From Convolutriloba macropyga (taxonomy: Eukaryota): 64,000 nt of DNA. The position numbers and the translations under genes are program-made. Location: positions 76,508,001-76,572,000 of the forward strand of contig NC_134470.1 of assembly GCF_964194025.1 (NCBI RefSeq). Direction: 5' to 3'. Below are positions 36,136 through 49,334 of the stretch, piece by piece. The notes beneath the pieces are model-generated. The model saw nothing but the letters and a program-made list of their open reading frames with translations, was not told the DNA's origin and ran no database searches. Position 1 is the stretch's first letter. Every line of letters begins with the position of its first letter.

Positions 36136-38981
36136 AACAAGGAGGGTCGGTAATGTGCGTACGCACATAGTGTTCCGACCCCGCTCATCCACATTCTTGA
36201 CTTAATTGGCTACCAAATGATAAAGAGATGGAAAACATTCAAAAACATACATATCGTTCAAAAAACAACCATTGGATTATAATATTGCCACACTAGAGGG
36301 CCGATGAAAGTTCTTGATAATAAGACTAATAGTACGGACAATAATAAAAATCAAAAAACGAACATTTTTTGATATCTATAATACAAAAAAAATCATAACA
36401 CAATCAAACGCGCATCAGAAAAAAACCTAGAAAAAACAATTCAGCCTATACTTCATTAGAAAAGATATGGAACCTGTCCTCAATGCGACTGGTTAACAAG
36501 TCGCCAAATAGAGCAAAGAAGTTCAAAAATACTTCCATTTTTGCAAACAATTAACTTCACAGTTATTAATGTCACCAGATATCCACTGAAATCACAAAAA
36601 TGTTCAATTATATCTCCAATGGAAGCAATTGAGACTTGTCATTATTCACTGTTCAATTGCGAATGTCAATGACACCAACGATTATTGTAATAATTTAAAA
36701 AGAAAATAAATCCTTTAAAATGTACAAACATATCAAAATCTCAAACGAAATCTTGTAATAACAGTAGTAACAAAGCCGAGAAGCAAACGTTTGAAGCTAA
36801 AAGCGTGATAAAGATTAAAATATAGCTCACTGGAATTGGGTTGTGATGTGCTTACAAAGACTGATCTATAAACCGATCAAAAAACTAGTTAAAAAATGAA
36901 GCTCAAAAACCCGAATATGTTCTTGAAAGAAATATTTTAAAAAGTCATAACATACTTAAGATTTCAACAAAAAGCAATGGATTAGGTTGCAATACCTCAG
37001 GAACCCAATTGGGCCTGTTAATTATAGGACTAAGTCACGATCCCACAAAATAAAAACAAATATAAAAAGAACCCAAAACTTCAAACAATTTTACGACATC
37101 ACACTGGTCAAGGCACAATAATTAAAAGATGTTACCTGCAAGAACTGTAAATTAGCACTTTCTACTCATCTTAACATGAACAAGTCTTCCTTATAAAAAG
37201 ACTAAGTAGGCATGACAAAAAAAGAAACCCAAAAATTTAACAGAATAGAAATTTCGGAAACTTTTATGAAATTAAATGGTCGAAGCAATCGGCCACATCG
37301 TATAACCAAGCGCGAAAAATGTTTGAATCGACAAAAGTAATTGAGACTTCTAATTAGTGAGTTTGAGTTATGTGGCGACAAAAATAAAAGCAAAAAAGGA
37401 ACCAGTTGAAAAAAAATTTTTAAATTTGATTTGAAAGTCATGAAAACAAACAGCTATAAGCTGAAATTTATAACCAGGTTTTGCGTTATTATTCCTGGAG
37501 AAAAATTGACACCTATCAATGTCAGGTATATGGCGTACAACTACGAAAAGAAAGACAAACATAAGCAGAAACCAAAAATTCCACAAAATTTTGCGAGATA
37601 ACTCTGTCTCAGCCCAAAAAGCTTACACTATTGAACAAAAACAGTTAACATATCCAGATACGCCTTTTTCCGACGGTGTGCATTTTCCATGCTATGATTT
37701 CCTTCATTTAATTCTGTCCAAAGTGATAACTCGACAAGGAAACAAAATGAACTCATAAAATATGCAACTATGCTCAAAAATAAACTCGTAGTATCAAAAC
37801 AAAAAACCATTAGTTCAATATAAAACCGTTACCAACAATAATTTATAACTCACAGAAAATGGGTTTCTGTCTGAATGTACTGAGACTGCGCTCGAAGTTT
37901 AGAAAAATAAGAGAAAATAGTGGAAAAAATTTATACCTCCTGGAACTAACTGGATCTTTGATTGGGGACACTAAGTCATTGGGCTACAAATAATAACAAA
38001 TGAAAGCAAAATTCAAGAAGTCCATAAAGTTTTTACGTAAAGAATTTGTCAGAGCCATAAAAGCTATGAACTAAACTGTGAAACCATAATATAATCTCGT
38101 TGGGACTCGTTTATTGTAAAAATAATTATCTGTCATTAAATGAGCCCTGATTTGAAATTCTTGTCAGTAGTTTGCATAAGAAACATTTACATAGCGGAAA
38201 TATTTTGAAAAAAAATTGTCCTATTAAAATCTCAAAAATTTATCCTAAGGATCCATGTTGTGATCAAGATCAACCCAGATTGTGCTGCGCGTCTAAAAAA
38301 CACTCAAATGTTCAAATGGTTGCAAAATAGATCAGTTTTTAAACAAAATTTTTCAGTTTGTCAAAAATAAAGAACGTATTTTGTATAATTATCGAGTTTA
38401 AATTGGCAAAAAAAAATCTAGCTAAGGTATAATTCCAGAAGGTCCAATTCCTTAAGCCAATTGGAGTACAACTAGCCCTCTTTGGCGCTTAGAAGAAAAT
38501 GCCCGCTGTTTTAAGATGTTTATTTCCAGCAAATTTAAAGCAAGTGGGCTAAAAAAAGCCAATCTGTTCTCATTTTTGTCGAAAAAAGTCAGAATTTTGA
38601 ACAATTGAGCATTAATTCCAGCCAAAAAACTCGGATCGAACAGTTCAGCTAGCCCCCTCTATCTTTAGAGATGAAATCAGTAATACTACAGTTAACAATT
38701 TTATTATACTTTAGCAAAATAGACGAAAATTTGGTCAAAAATACCGAAAATGGAATAAAAACAGCTAAATTACGTCTAATATTCACAATAAGTCTCGGTA
38801 ACTCTCTATAAAACGCGGAAATTGAAAAAATCTTTATAATTCCATATTCTACGCTGGAGGGGTTTTCTAATGATACCACTCACAACTCTCTACGATGATT
38901 ATATCGATCGGTCAAAATTGTCTGAACAAAAAAAACCAGTTGAGTATATAGTTCCTCCCCCACTAAAGTGGGTCGGAACAA
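36136..38981 (-). mobile_element. HINE family C, ~2.85 kb (diverged sister of 32208-34960)
   Basis: Same termini (palindrome 36153-36168, subTIRs 36172-36181 and 38970-38979) and a recognisably colinear interior. Confidence 0.8.
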
Positions 38982-41713
38982 TAGAGGTTGGGATTCAAGT
39001 ACTGATTGATTTTCTTAGATGTTTGCAAGAAAAATAAAGGTTTAAAACAAGACAATGTCCCGAGGTATTGGTTTTCAATGGAGACTATAAATTTCAATTA
39101 TAATGAGTATTTGTTGTTGGGTGTACATTCGTAAGTAAATCGTGATCTTAAGTTAGAGCTTGAGATGATAGAGGTTTAAAAACGCATCATTGTGATAGCC
39201 TTGCAGTGTGAACCAATTGACTCAGTGGAGAGCACAGGATTGCAATCGATCGAAAAGCCCAAACTTTGCTTCGATGCTGATGGTGTTGATAGTGAATCAA
39301 CATAACGAGGTAGTAGTTGCTCTAATATTTAAATTTTTTGCAGATTTGTTTTTCAATTAGATTTAATTCGATTTAAATACCGGTTCTTTTTGGGAGCGGT
39401 TTCTTAATGTAAAATTCAGTGAAGAAAATACTATCGGTGTTTGCGTCACTTGAACCCACGTTCTGTTTGAACTTAGCAGCTATATTTTATGAGTCGTTGT
39501 GGAAAATATTATGATTATTGTTAAATATAGTATATATAATGTTGTTGTTTTTAGCTTCCCGGATTTCTAATATGCAATCAAATTTATTCACGAGCTGCAT
39601 GAATACCAATATGCTCTTTTTGTAGTGCCCCTAGTCTGCATCAAAGATACTGAAGATCTGGAATGGCCCCAATGTCTACGATAAAGATGTTTTGAGAGAC
39701 GAAGAGTGTTTTTTATAAATAAGCGTTGAAAACCTCTTCAAGGAGTTATTCTTTGTACTGAAAAACTATTTTTAAAAAGTAACGTTACCTGTTATGCCCA
39801 AGTTTCACCAATGGTACCAAAAAGTAGTGGTTGTTTTTACTGCTTGTTGTTCAGAGAGCATAAAATGTGATTTTAAATTGCAAAGTAGCAGGACAAATTA
39901 AAATTGAGAACCCTTGGGACTTGAGGCATCGAGAAATACACGGCTGAGAATGGGCTCTTCTTATTTTTAGGAGAAGGCCAACAATAGATGCAATGTGTTG
40001 TGCTAACTTGTCATGTATTTCCACAATCTGGACCCCTTTTTTGCTCTCATTGGTTCTATTTGAATTCATTCCTGACTTCTTGTTTTATGCGCCCTAAAAT
40101 TTATATATCTATCTTGTTAGCACGTCTTTTGTTGAAGATATTTGCAAGCTCTTTGGGCCATAAAATTATATATAGATGGGTTTTATGCTAATTTATTCCA
40201 TTAAGCTCACCTGGGCTTGATTGCCTACGAGAGCGAGGTAGGTGCGTGACCAAATGGTAAATTGTTGATGGATAATTGGGAAATACCTTTTGATGTTACG
40301 AAAGTCGAAGTGACTTTACAATCCCCCAAGATTTGAAAGGTCAAATTTTTGGAGAGAAACTTCGAGAATCTTCAGCTGAACTAATTGAGAACGTACTGAA
40401 ATGTTGCACTGTAAAATATTAAACAATTTGTTTTTTTAAACAGTAGTTTCTTTCAGTATTTAACAATGTTAAAGGATGTGATAGAATAGAAAAGACGCCT
40501 AATTTAAAGGGGAAATTGTTGGTTTTTGGGAGAGATTGAACAAAAAAGCCGGAGAGATTTTGTCAACTTAAACGGTAATCATCTGTCGATAATTCACAAG
40601 TCAAAAAATACAAAAAATAACTACCAACACTGATTACAAAGCGAAGCTGCCCTGTACTGTAAGAACATGTAATGGTTGTTTTTTTTTGTTAATCACAAAC
40701 GATAATATGAAAGCTGTTTTGGTGAACAAGGGAGGTTTTTTTAAAAGGGAGCAAACTGTATGCAGTGGAATGTAGGAAGTATTGAATGGTCTGTGGGAAA
40801 TAATAAAGATAATCTGCTACAAATCCTTATCCATCATTGTTTGTAGATCGAGATAGAGAGCAATGTTTACAACGAACGCTACTTTTCCAAATTTCATAGT
40901 TCGCCTAATCAGAGGTTATGAAAATTATGTAGTGGTCCTTCTGAAAATCTCTTCTGTACATTATTATTTTTGCAAAGCTCAACTTTGCAGAGGTGTTTGA
41001 ATGCGAGGAAATTTTTTTGAAAAATAAAACTTTCGTTATGTTAGTAACTAACATTTTGAATATTGAAATGATTTATAGACCTATTTTATGGGTTGTCAAA
41101 GTATATTTGTGTGTGTAAATGATGTATGATAATAAATGGGTCATAAAAACCGGTCGAAATTTACAAGTATTTTTGTTGCTCTCGTCTCTTTGTTCTTCAA
41201 TTTTTGCCTCGGGCCATTGAAATGGATTTTTTTTTCAGATAATATGCACTTAAATAGATTTTGTTATTCGTTCGAAATGAACTCTTGATAAGGTTTTTAG
41301 ACCACAGAGATATCAATTCTAATGAGCGATAATTTTCAGATGGCGTGAACCGAAAGAGCCTTAGGGTTGCTATTACCATTTAAGGTTATTTGTAGTTGAG
41401 TTGTAGCTGAAATCCGATATCTCAGAACAAAAAAACAACTGCAAGAAACCATCACCCTATTAACTATTTTGCTCACCCAATTGGTGGGAGGAAGTTGATG
41501 AACCTTGTCCCCCAATAAGAGGGGAGGAATTCAGTTTTTGACAGACCCTCGATTTGACTCATCTAAATGAGCGGGGCGGGGAGCTCGAACTCAAAAAATC
41601 TGAAAAGATGAAATAAACTGCTTAGCAATTGGTAAAAGACGGAAATTTAGAAAGCGCATGAGAGGGTGCTGAGACAATGAAAGGGTGAAGAAACTTTTAA
41701 TCCATTTTTTTTA

Positions 41714-42200
41714 TTAATAGCCGCACAGCGATAGCTGGGGCTATTATTGGCCTTTTCTTGTTTTTTTTACAATTCAAAGAATTTGAACTGTATTGGGGCA
41801 CTGTCTTTTTTAAAGATCTGTTCACACATTTTAATGATTTTTGAAGTCAAATTGGAGTAGCGATTTTGATCACGCCGAAGTAGGAAGTGGAGCGAACAAG
41901 CGAGTAGTTTCGCGGCGTGATTTTTTCGCTTCAATTTTAAAGTAGAGTTAGAAAACGGTGTTTGAACAAAAATTCGCTCTCTCGTTAGTGATTTTTTTGT
42001 TCACATGCGGCAAGTTCAATTTGATTTGTACTGTTTTTGCAGCGGAATTTGGCTGATTAATCTACCTCACTCAATTAAAAAAACGACGAAGATTTGCTCT
42101 CGAGAACTTACCATTGAGACTAAGAGTTTTGCCTTGTGCGATTTTTTTGGTTTTCATAGTTGTTCAATAAAGAATTATTGTATTTTCAATCTTTCAAATC
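41714..42200 (+). mobile_element. HINE family A, 5' portion (3' boundary uncertain)
   Basis: ttaatagccgcacagcgatagctggggctattattggcc followed by ~230 bp nearly identical to 58648-58880. Confidence 0.65.
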
Positions 42201-42600
42201 AAGAAAGCAATAAAGGTACTATTGCAGCAATCATTTTTTATAAACATCGAAGCATCTGTCCGCCTTACAGATTTCTTTTTGTTAGTTTTGGGTTTTTTTT
42301 TCAGTGTGATTGGTTCTACAAACCTGCACAAATTTGTTTTGAGCAGAAATTTTTTTGTTTTGAGTGTGCGCAGGGATCGAAGCAGTTCTTTAAACTACTT
42401 CGAAATCTTTGAAGTTACAAATTATTTTCCTTTAATTTTCTAAGGGTTGTTTTGTGTATATAATTTTTTGAACGACTCAGGAAATTTGAGAGGGTCATTT
42501 TTGTAGGTAGGCAATTATAAGTTTTTACCGAAATTCATTAACTGCAAAAGATGAGTTCTCAATTTTTTACTCTTAGTCTTTGTCATTGGCGTGTTTCTCG

Positions 42601-42996
42601 TTAATTGCTCTCAAACAAAGTTTGAAGCAATTAAATTAGTCCTGTGGTCTTTTTGTGCGCTTTTTCGTTTGACCGATGATTCGTTTGACCCATTTGACTT
42701 ATCGTCCTCAAAAACGGGATAAACAGGTAGCGCTCGGCGGGCATCAATTGACCGAGCAGCTCTCTTAGAACTTCACACTTTTCTGGTCTGTAAGTATGCG
42801 ATTCAACGAAACTGTTTTGAGGAGACAATTTCAAGTTGTGAAGGGTGGTTCTTGGTCTTAAAAAGTTTACCCCATTACTTGACACCCCCCCTCACTCCTC
42901 TAACACCCACCTGATACATCCCTAAGCCCCAGCTGTCTACAACCGAAACTCGCCAGTCGTTTGAGAGCAATTCTCCCGACGTTAAATGGTTATGTT
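42601..42996 (+). mobile_element. HINE family B
   Basis: ttaattgctctcaaac ... gtcgtttgagagcaattctcccgacgtt. Shares the aaaacgggataaacaggtagcgc module with other copies. Confidence 0.72.
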
Positions 42997-43779
42997 TTTT
43001 CTCGCTCCATTTTGGCCTCTTTAACTAAGCTGTTTTCGAACTTCTTATTTATAATTGATTTTTAAGGTACCAAATAAGTAAAAATTTTTCTTTCAGATTT
43101 TGAAGAAATTACTTCGTGTTGAACTTATTGCTTGCATTTCAATCACATTGAAGAGCTGTGGTAATAATTCAAAGAATCTTGGAGTTAAACGAGATTTCTT
43201 CTTCAGTTTATCCGTATAAATTTTGGGAATCTTTTGCATAGCAGATTTTGACGATGTTGGCTTGCTTTGAGAGAATAAGGGATCATTAAAGCAGGAAGCA
43301 GATAAAATTGAAGATGATCAGCAACTATTTATATGCAGAACTTTCCCTTCAAGTGGTTTCTTTTCTAATCTTGTCAAAGCAAAAAGAACTGAATTACAGA
43401 ATTTTTAAAAAGGGTAAATTTTCTTTGTGCGGTCTAAAAATAGCCAATAGCCAAGTTCTAGTAATCGGAAAACTATCGAAATTTCATTGACTAATTGATA
43501 ATTAATTGAATACTCAAAACGTCATAGGCAATCGCATTTTTGATTCTTTTATTTTCCATTAAAAAATTGAATTTTTAACGTTAACTGAAAAAAATTTTAG
43601 GTCGTTTAATCTTTTCTAAGTAGAGAAAAATGTCATTTGTTGAGTCTTTGTTGCCTCTGTGCCTTGGACATTGACTTTTTCGTCTAAGTTTTTCATCGCT
43701 TTTGTAACAGAATCGGAAGTATATCCGCCCTATTCGAGATATTTTGCGAATGTCTTGCAGAAGAGGAGATTTTAGTTGC

Positions 43780-44790
43780 AATGATTCGTATTTGACTTAT
43801 ACTTTAACATCATTCGTGCTAACTGAATTGTGTTGCTAGATTATGTTCTGCATAATCTGTGTCTAGATATTTCCAACTATTTTTGAACCCACTTTGTTCT
43901 ACCAAATGGTTTCTACACCCACTTACGGACGTCTGCTTGATTTGGATAGGTTTTGAGTTTTAATAAAATTTGAGGAAAATAAATGCGGCCTCCTGGGTTA
44001 TTCTGAAGATATCAGCTGTTGGAGAGCAATTGATGTAAATTGATATTTTGAAGAATTTGGTCCTAAATTTCATTAATTAAAGGATTACTTTAAAATTTTG
44101 TGAGGCGCAAATTTTGTGTGTAAATAACGCACGTCCCCCCCCCCCCCCCCCCCCCCACCGTTCATAGCTTTACATGTACCATAATAAGAGGCTGTAATTT
44201 GTAATTATGGGGTATAATGAGAGACCTAATTCTAGAATAGTAGATGCAATGTGTCCATAATAAGACCAATAGTCGAAAAGAAAATGCTTATTTTTTTAAT
44301 CTTTGGGAAGAGTTGCTCAGTGTCTGCATAATTATTTACATGTTAAATATAAAAGTTACAGTTTTGTTTAGTGGTCAATCCTGAACTGTTTACTTAAAAT
44401 TCCGAACAGCCAGATTGTTTGTTTCAACTGATAAACAATTAGAATGGTAGCAGAAGCTGACGATTAAACGAGGAATATCAAGTTTGACTGGCCCTGCTAA
44501 GATATTTCAGATTTAATATAATCCAACCAACTTGGTGATAATTTTAGTCTGCTGAGATCTTGTTTATGATAAGGAAGAATTGCATGCACGTGATGGAAGC
44601 AATTGTTTTGTTCGCAAATTAGATTAATGTCCTGTAGTCTTCTATTGTTCGAATGTTTAACATCTACGGGGACGTTTTTATGGGGTTGAACAAATGCTAT
44701 CATTGATCAAAACACGAGGGCATAAATGAATTTACAATTTAGAAGCTGAATGCAATTTGACCGCTTCACTATTCTTGTATGTGGCGCATC
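43780..44790 (+). pseudogene. Possible highly decayed protein-primed DNA polymerase B (Polinton/Maverick-like) relic
   Basis: Frameshifted motif traces in the expected order: RYFQLFLNP (~KGYFPHLFN) at ~43865, R-D-V-F...G-*-TNA (~RDAFxGGRTNA) at ~44665-44700, FD/ASLFLYV (~DFTSLYPYV) at ~44756-44785. Confidence 0.3.
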
Positions 44791-45258
44791 TGGTTGACAA
44801 ATTTAATCAGAAGAAAGTTGACATGTGGAGTTGTATGAATATGGAAACCTGATTTGTATGTTGAAATAACAAAGTGGGTCCTCAAATTGTGAAATAAAAG
44901 TTTGATCAGAATTTTAATTATATTTTTGCTGATGACGGTACACAGTCTTCAACGCTTTCTGTGATGATTGGTTTTTATTTAGTCTGATGTTTAAAGAATG
45001 TTTTGTCGGAAAGTTTTTGTTTTTGTTAAAAAGACGTGACATTATTTACACATTAGTTCTCTACGGAGATGTTTAGCCTTTTTCAAAATAAACTTTCTTG
45101 CACTTTCTGAAAACCATTGTGTTATTGTCAGCAATCTTCCCGCCTCCTCTTTTGAACGTTGCGTTTCTGACCAGAATTTTGTACTAAGCCGACTGTCACA
45201 TGATATTTCTTTAGGATTATATATAATTGTGCTATAAAAATGAACATTTCAGGTCAGA

Positions 45259-45535
45259 ATGAAAAAGTCGCGACTGAAAACGAAGAACAGAAAGCGCGAC
45301 TACGACCAGCTGGCCGACGATGCAACGGATCCGAAGAAAGCGGAAAACCTGTTGAACCAAGAACCAGACATCGAAGTTCCAGGAGATGCTCAGTTTTATT
45401 GTATTCCTTGTGCCAGATACTTTGTTGACAACAATTCCCTCACATCTCATCAGAAATCAAAAGTACACAAGAAGCAAGTGGCTAAAATTGTGGAGAATAA
45501 TGCATTTGATCACAGAGAATCACTGGCTGCTGCAG
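45259..45535 (+). CDS. ZNF593: Zinc finger protein 593 / Bud20 homolog (60S biogenesis, C2H2 finger), main exon
   Basis: KTKNRKRDYDQ...DIEVPGDAQFYCIPCARYFVDNNSLTSHQKSKVHKKQV...ESLAAAG matches the family pattern. Donor CAG|gtttgt at 45536, phase 1. An acceptor tttcag at 45252 lies just upstream. Confidence 0.92.
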
Positions 45536-46271
45536 GTTTGTGTTATTTGACGGATAGATTATTAGTTGACCTTAGCCTTTTTGTGTTTCGCATGCTCCAT
45601 AATTAGCAAGGGGTTAATTAAGGAAAAAGAGTTCAAAAGTGGGCTAGGTCATCGTTCAGTCCTCGCCATGGAAGAAAAATTGAATATTTTTTTCTGTTTG
45701 AGTGATACCTCCAAGGATTAAGTGTACTGTGGTCTAAATTCGGCGTATTTATTTCGGCTTTTAAGGATGACTGCACAGAACAGCCGAACCATTTGAATTG
45801 CATCATAATTTGACCCTGCATGACGAGAGCTTGTCGTTCAAGATCATGTGCGCAACGCGAATAGTACATTAAATGTACTTTCCTCAGAGAGAATTTTTGA
45901 ATCAACGGATGTTTGAACCTGTTGGGTATAATATATCTACTATAAGACACTAGCAAAGATTCATACTAGATAGAAGCAGCCCGAGCCTCTATTTCCCCAT
46001 TTGTCCCCTGTTTTGATCAAGGACATTTTATGCTTCACATATCAAAATTACGAGCCTGGTACTTTCTCTCGCCTTTAATGAATTTGCACTCATTCAGTTT
46101 GTCACTGGTTTGAGCTCTTCGATGTTAATAGGCAGGTTGTTGCTATTTCCACACTGCCCTCGGATTCAGCCACGGTTGTTTTCACTATAGTTATCCTTGG
46201 GAAAACAGCTGTTTAAACATGAAACCTAAGTTTAACCGGAGATCAACAATGATCTTGTACGTATTTTGAGC

Positions 46272-46593
46272 GGTTACATGACATTTTACCCAATTCCATT
46301 TTACCCAATGCCAACTTACCCAATGCTCTTTGATCTTTTCCTTCAATTATCCGATTACAATTTAGCAGTCGCTGTTACAAGGATGATTTAAAATATTTAT
46401 GTGGACAATAAAATCCCGTTTGGTTGTGGTAGTTTCATATCAAGTCCCACGGGCCATTTATTTATATAGTCGGCTCAATAGTTGTCCTGGTAAATTTAGC
46501 AATAGGGTAAATTGGGCAAGTTTGCATTGGGTAAAATGGCATTGGGTATAATAGCATTGGGTAAAATGGAATTGAGTAAATTGTCCTGACACC
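46272..46593. mobile_element. Mutator-like MITE in the ZNF593 intron
   Basis: Perfect 9-bp TSD attttgagc (46263-46271 and 46594-46602). GG...CC termini and long imperfect TIRs with 15-bp tacccaatgccattt-type subrepeats. Confidence 0.88.
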
Positions 46594-47219
46594 ATTTTGA
46601 GCCCTCAAATTGCTTTGTTAACTCTTATTTAACTGAAAAATGCTTTTTACAAAAAAGTTTATTTTTTGCTCTAACTTAATTTTTTGCTTCAACGACGATT
46701 TTTAAATCAAATGCTGACCATTTTATGTGCCAACTCTTTAAACTGTCCTAGTCTTTAAATGAGACCTAACCACAAGTTTTTGTATAGAAAGTTCAATTTT
46801 TCCAATAAATTGGAAACGAAATTGCGGTTCTTTTCTTCAACAGCATAAACTTAATCACTTATAAAACGCCATCAAAGTGAAAAATGAGGCGTATCAAACC
46901 TATGTTATATGGCCTACAGACGATTATTTTTGCTGATTTTAAAATTTAACAAAAATATTCAAATTCACTTCAATGAAAAACCATCAGAGTCTACTGGGGA
47001 TTTAAAATGAATGCATGCTCTTCGAAAGAGAATCACAGAAAAATTGAAAACCTAATCGGTCAACCCAACAAACAGTATCTAATTGGATAGCAGAACAGCT
47101 TTTGGCAGAACATTTTTATGTTGGCGAACACCTAAGCGCAAATATACATGATTCGCTTAAATATCTTCCGAATTCTGCCTTAAATTCTTATGTCATAAGT
47201 TCTCCGTTTCAGGAATTGC

Positions 47220-47830
47220 CAATGTCATTTTTCTCTGAAATCTAAACTAGCTGTTGTTTTGATAGAATTAGTTCGAACAATTTGAGAATGCGTGGTGAAA
47301 TTGTTTGCACCTGTAACTTGTATCAACGTTGATTTTGTATCAACTTGTATCCTTATTATGTCCCGGATCGGTTTAAAATAGCTCAGCTGTTTCCTCTATA
47401 TAAGCCCATTATTGACTTCGGTTATTATTGGCCTATTTTCATGATCGTAACTATAGCTAAGCTGTTTGAGAAGTTAACTTATAATGTATTGATTGACTAC
47501 TAGGAGCATTTATTCTTTTATTAACTAACCAATTTGGTTTTATATGTAAGTTTGGCAGATCAAAACTGCAATGGATATCACACAAAATGTAATTAGTTTT
47601 TGACGAACATCAGTCTGCACTCCTGGTTCTTCTCAATTGAAAAGCGTGGATAGTGGAAATCAGGGCCTGTTTTTAAAACTTGAATGATCTGTCGTGAGAA
47701 GTCCATGTCATATGCTTATGAGGTCCTACGTAACAAAACAAACTCTTTATTTAAGAGCAGATAGTTGTGAAAGTACTCTTATAACAATTTAATGTTTCAT
47801 CAGGGTTCTATCTGTCATGTATGAATTCCC
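47220..47830 (+). pseudogene. Decayed CR1/L2-type LINE reverse transcriptase relic
   Basis: VPDRFKIAQLFPLYK...YWPIFMIVTIAKLFEKL...NQFGF, then a KxxDS...LKL trace and HQGS at ~47800, with stops and frameshifts. Confidence 0.7.
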
Positions 47831-49120
47831 TGATATTATTCATCCTTGATTAAATAATGTTAGAATCATAGTTTAACTGCTATATTTATGTCTTGCCAAT
47901 AAAAGCAGTTCTCTTTAAATCTCTCTATTTTCATAAATCGGATTGGCTACTAAATGTTAAGTTTGTGAATCTGCTGGATACTTAAAATGTTTGAAGATTC
48001 ATAGAACTTGCCGAAAACAAGTAGAGACGGTGGTAACATACGCCAAAGTTTTTAACCAATCGTTTTTTCGACATTTTATAAGATTTTTAAGATCCTGACC
48101 ATATTTTGAAAATACTGTTGTTTTTGTAGTCCTTATGCGTTTAATCTACGCAACTTCTTACTTCCTTCCTGATACCATGTTTTGCTTTCATCTTGCGGCC
48201 TTCTTCAAGCCTCCTCTTGACTGTGCGGTCCCTGCTTTAAAAATTACTATTGTAATAGCTATATTTTTATAAATAATTAAATAATTTAATCCTCTAATTG
48301 TGAAAAGGTAACGCACATTTTCTGTTTTATAGTTTTTGGCTGGGAGGAGCTAAAATACCTATCATGAAATATGAGGTTAACTTGAAAAGTTTATTAAACT
48401 TTTTTTAAAGATTTTTTTCAAATGTCTTTTGTGACTGTCGTTGGTTTGATTATTTACTGCTAATACTTTCGTTTGTTCATGCAGCTCTATTTTCGGTTTA
48501 AAAATGTCGTACGGATCATAAATTAAACTTTTTCCGGCTGCAAAATTTCAGCTGAACTGAAATTCGTATTTGAATGCCGAGCTGAAACCAAATGAAAGAG
48601 TTTTTTAACTTAGTTAGTTTTAGCCTAGTAAAAGACATCTGCTGTTTTGCTCAATAAGCAATACTATATCTAATAGCAGTCCAGGGTTTTCAAATAGCAG
48701 CCCAAGTTAGACAGATAGCATAGATTTTTTCTTTTTTTTACACTAGGACCCGCAAAGAATTGTATCGCTTTTGTTTTTAATTCTGCATTAGAGGAATGTT
48801 GCTAATGGTGTTGATGATCGGTTTCACGGCTACCAAATGATTATCCTCTGTCCATTTTAGGTTTTTTTCCTTTCCAGATAAAGGCGTAATAACTCGTTAC
48901 TTAAGAACTTTTGAACTGATGTGATTTTTGTGGCGCTTTTAAAAAAACCTTCAGGTGTACGTCGCTTTTGGTACCATAGTGTATATTATAGACTATTAGC
49001 CGCAATTATATCGTGGCTCCAATCACGATCTCCAATCACCTTCGAATATTTTCCTCTTTCATCGTAACCTATAAATAGAAATTAACAGACAAAGCGTCAT
49101 TTTCGTATTGTATGTTTAAG

Positions 49121-49206
49121 GATTCGGTAGCTACCGACCACCGGCACCCAAGTTCCAGAAGTGTGACATTGATGTGAGGAAAGAATCTAATGTGATGACA
49201 GAATAG
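49121..49206 (+). CDS. ZNF593: ZNF593 terminal exon
   Basis: Phase-1 acceptor tttaag. (G)FGSYRPPAPK...TE* continues AAAG as in the recalled human AAGMGSYVPP. Confidence 0.85.
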
Positions 49207-49334
49207 CGAAAGAAAAGTTGGTGACGGTTACCATCCTGTAGTTGTTCATCCCGGAAGCTGATGGAAGTTTAAGGAAGTGGTTGGATGGTCGATGTGTCCC
49301 TATGTTGCGGAAACTTGTTTTCTTGAGATATTGA

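Noticed and set aside
39550-40300. Ty3/gypsy RT traces on the minus strand (FSIFDA, LPFG)
   Set aside because: The motifs are in the wrong order and too short to support a call.
45536-45606. ORF-track C-terminus of ZNF593 (GLCYLTDRLL...)
   Set aside because: Intron read-through. The conserved GxGSY.PP tail is encoded at 49121-49206.
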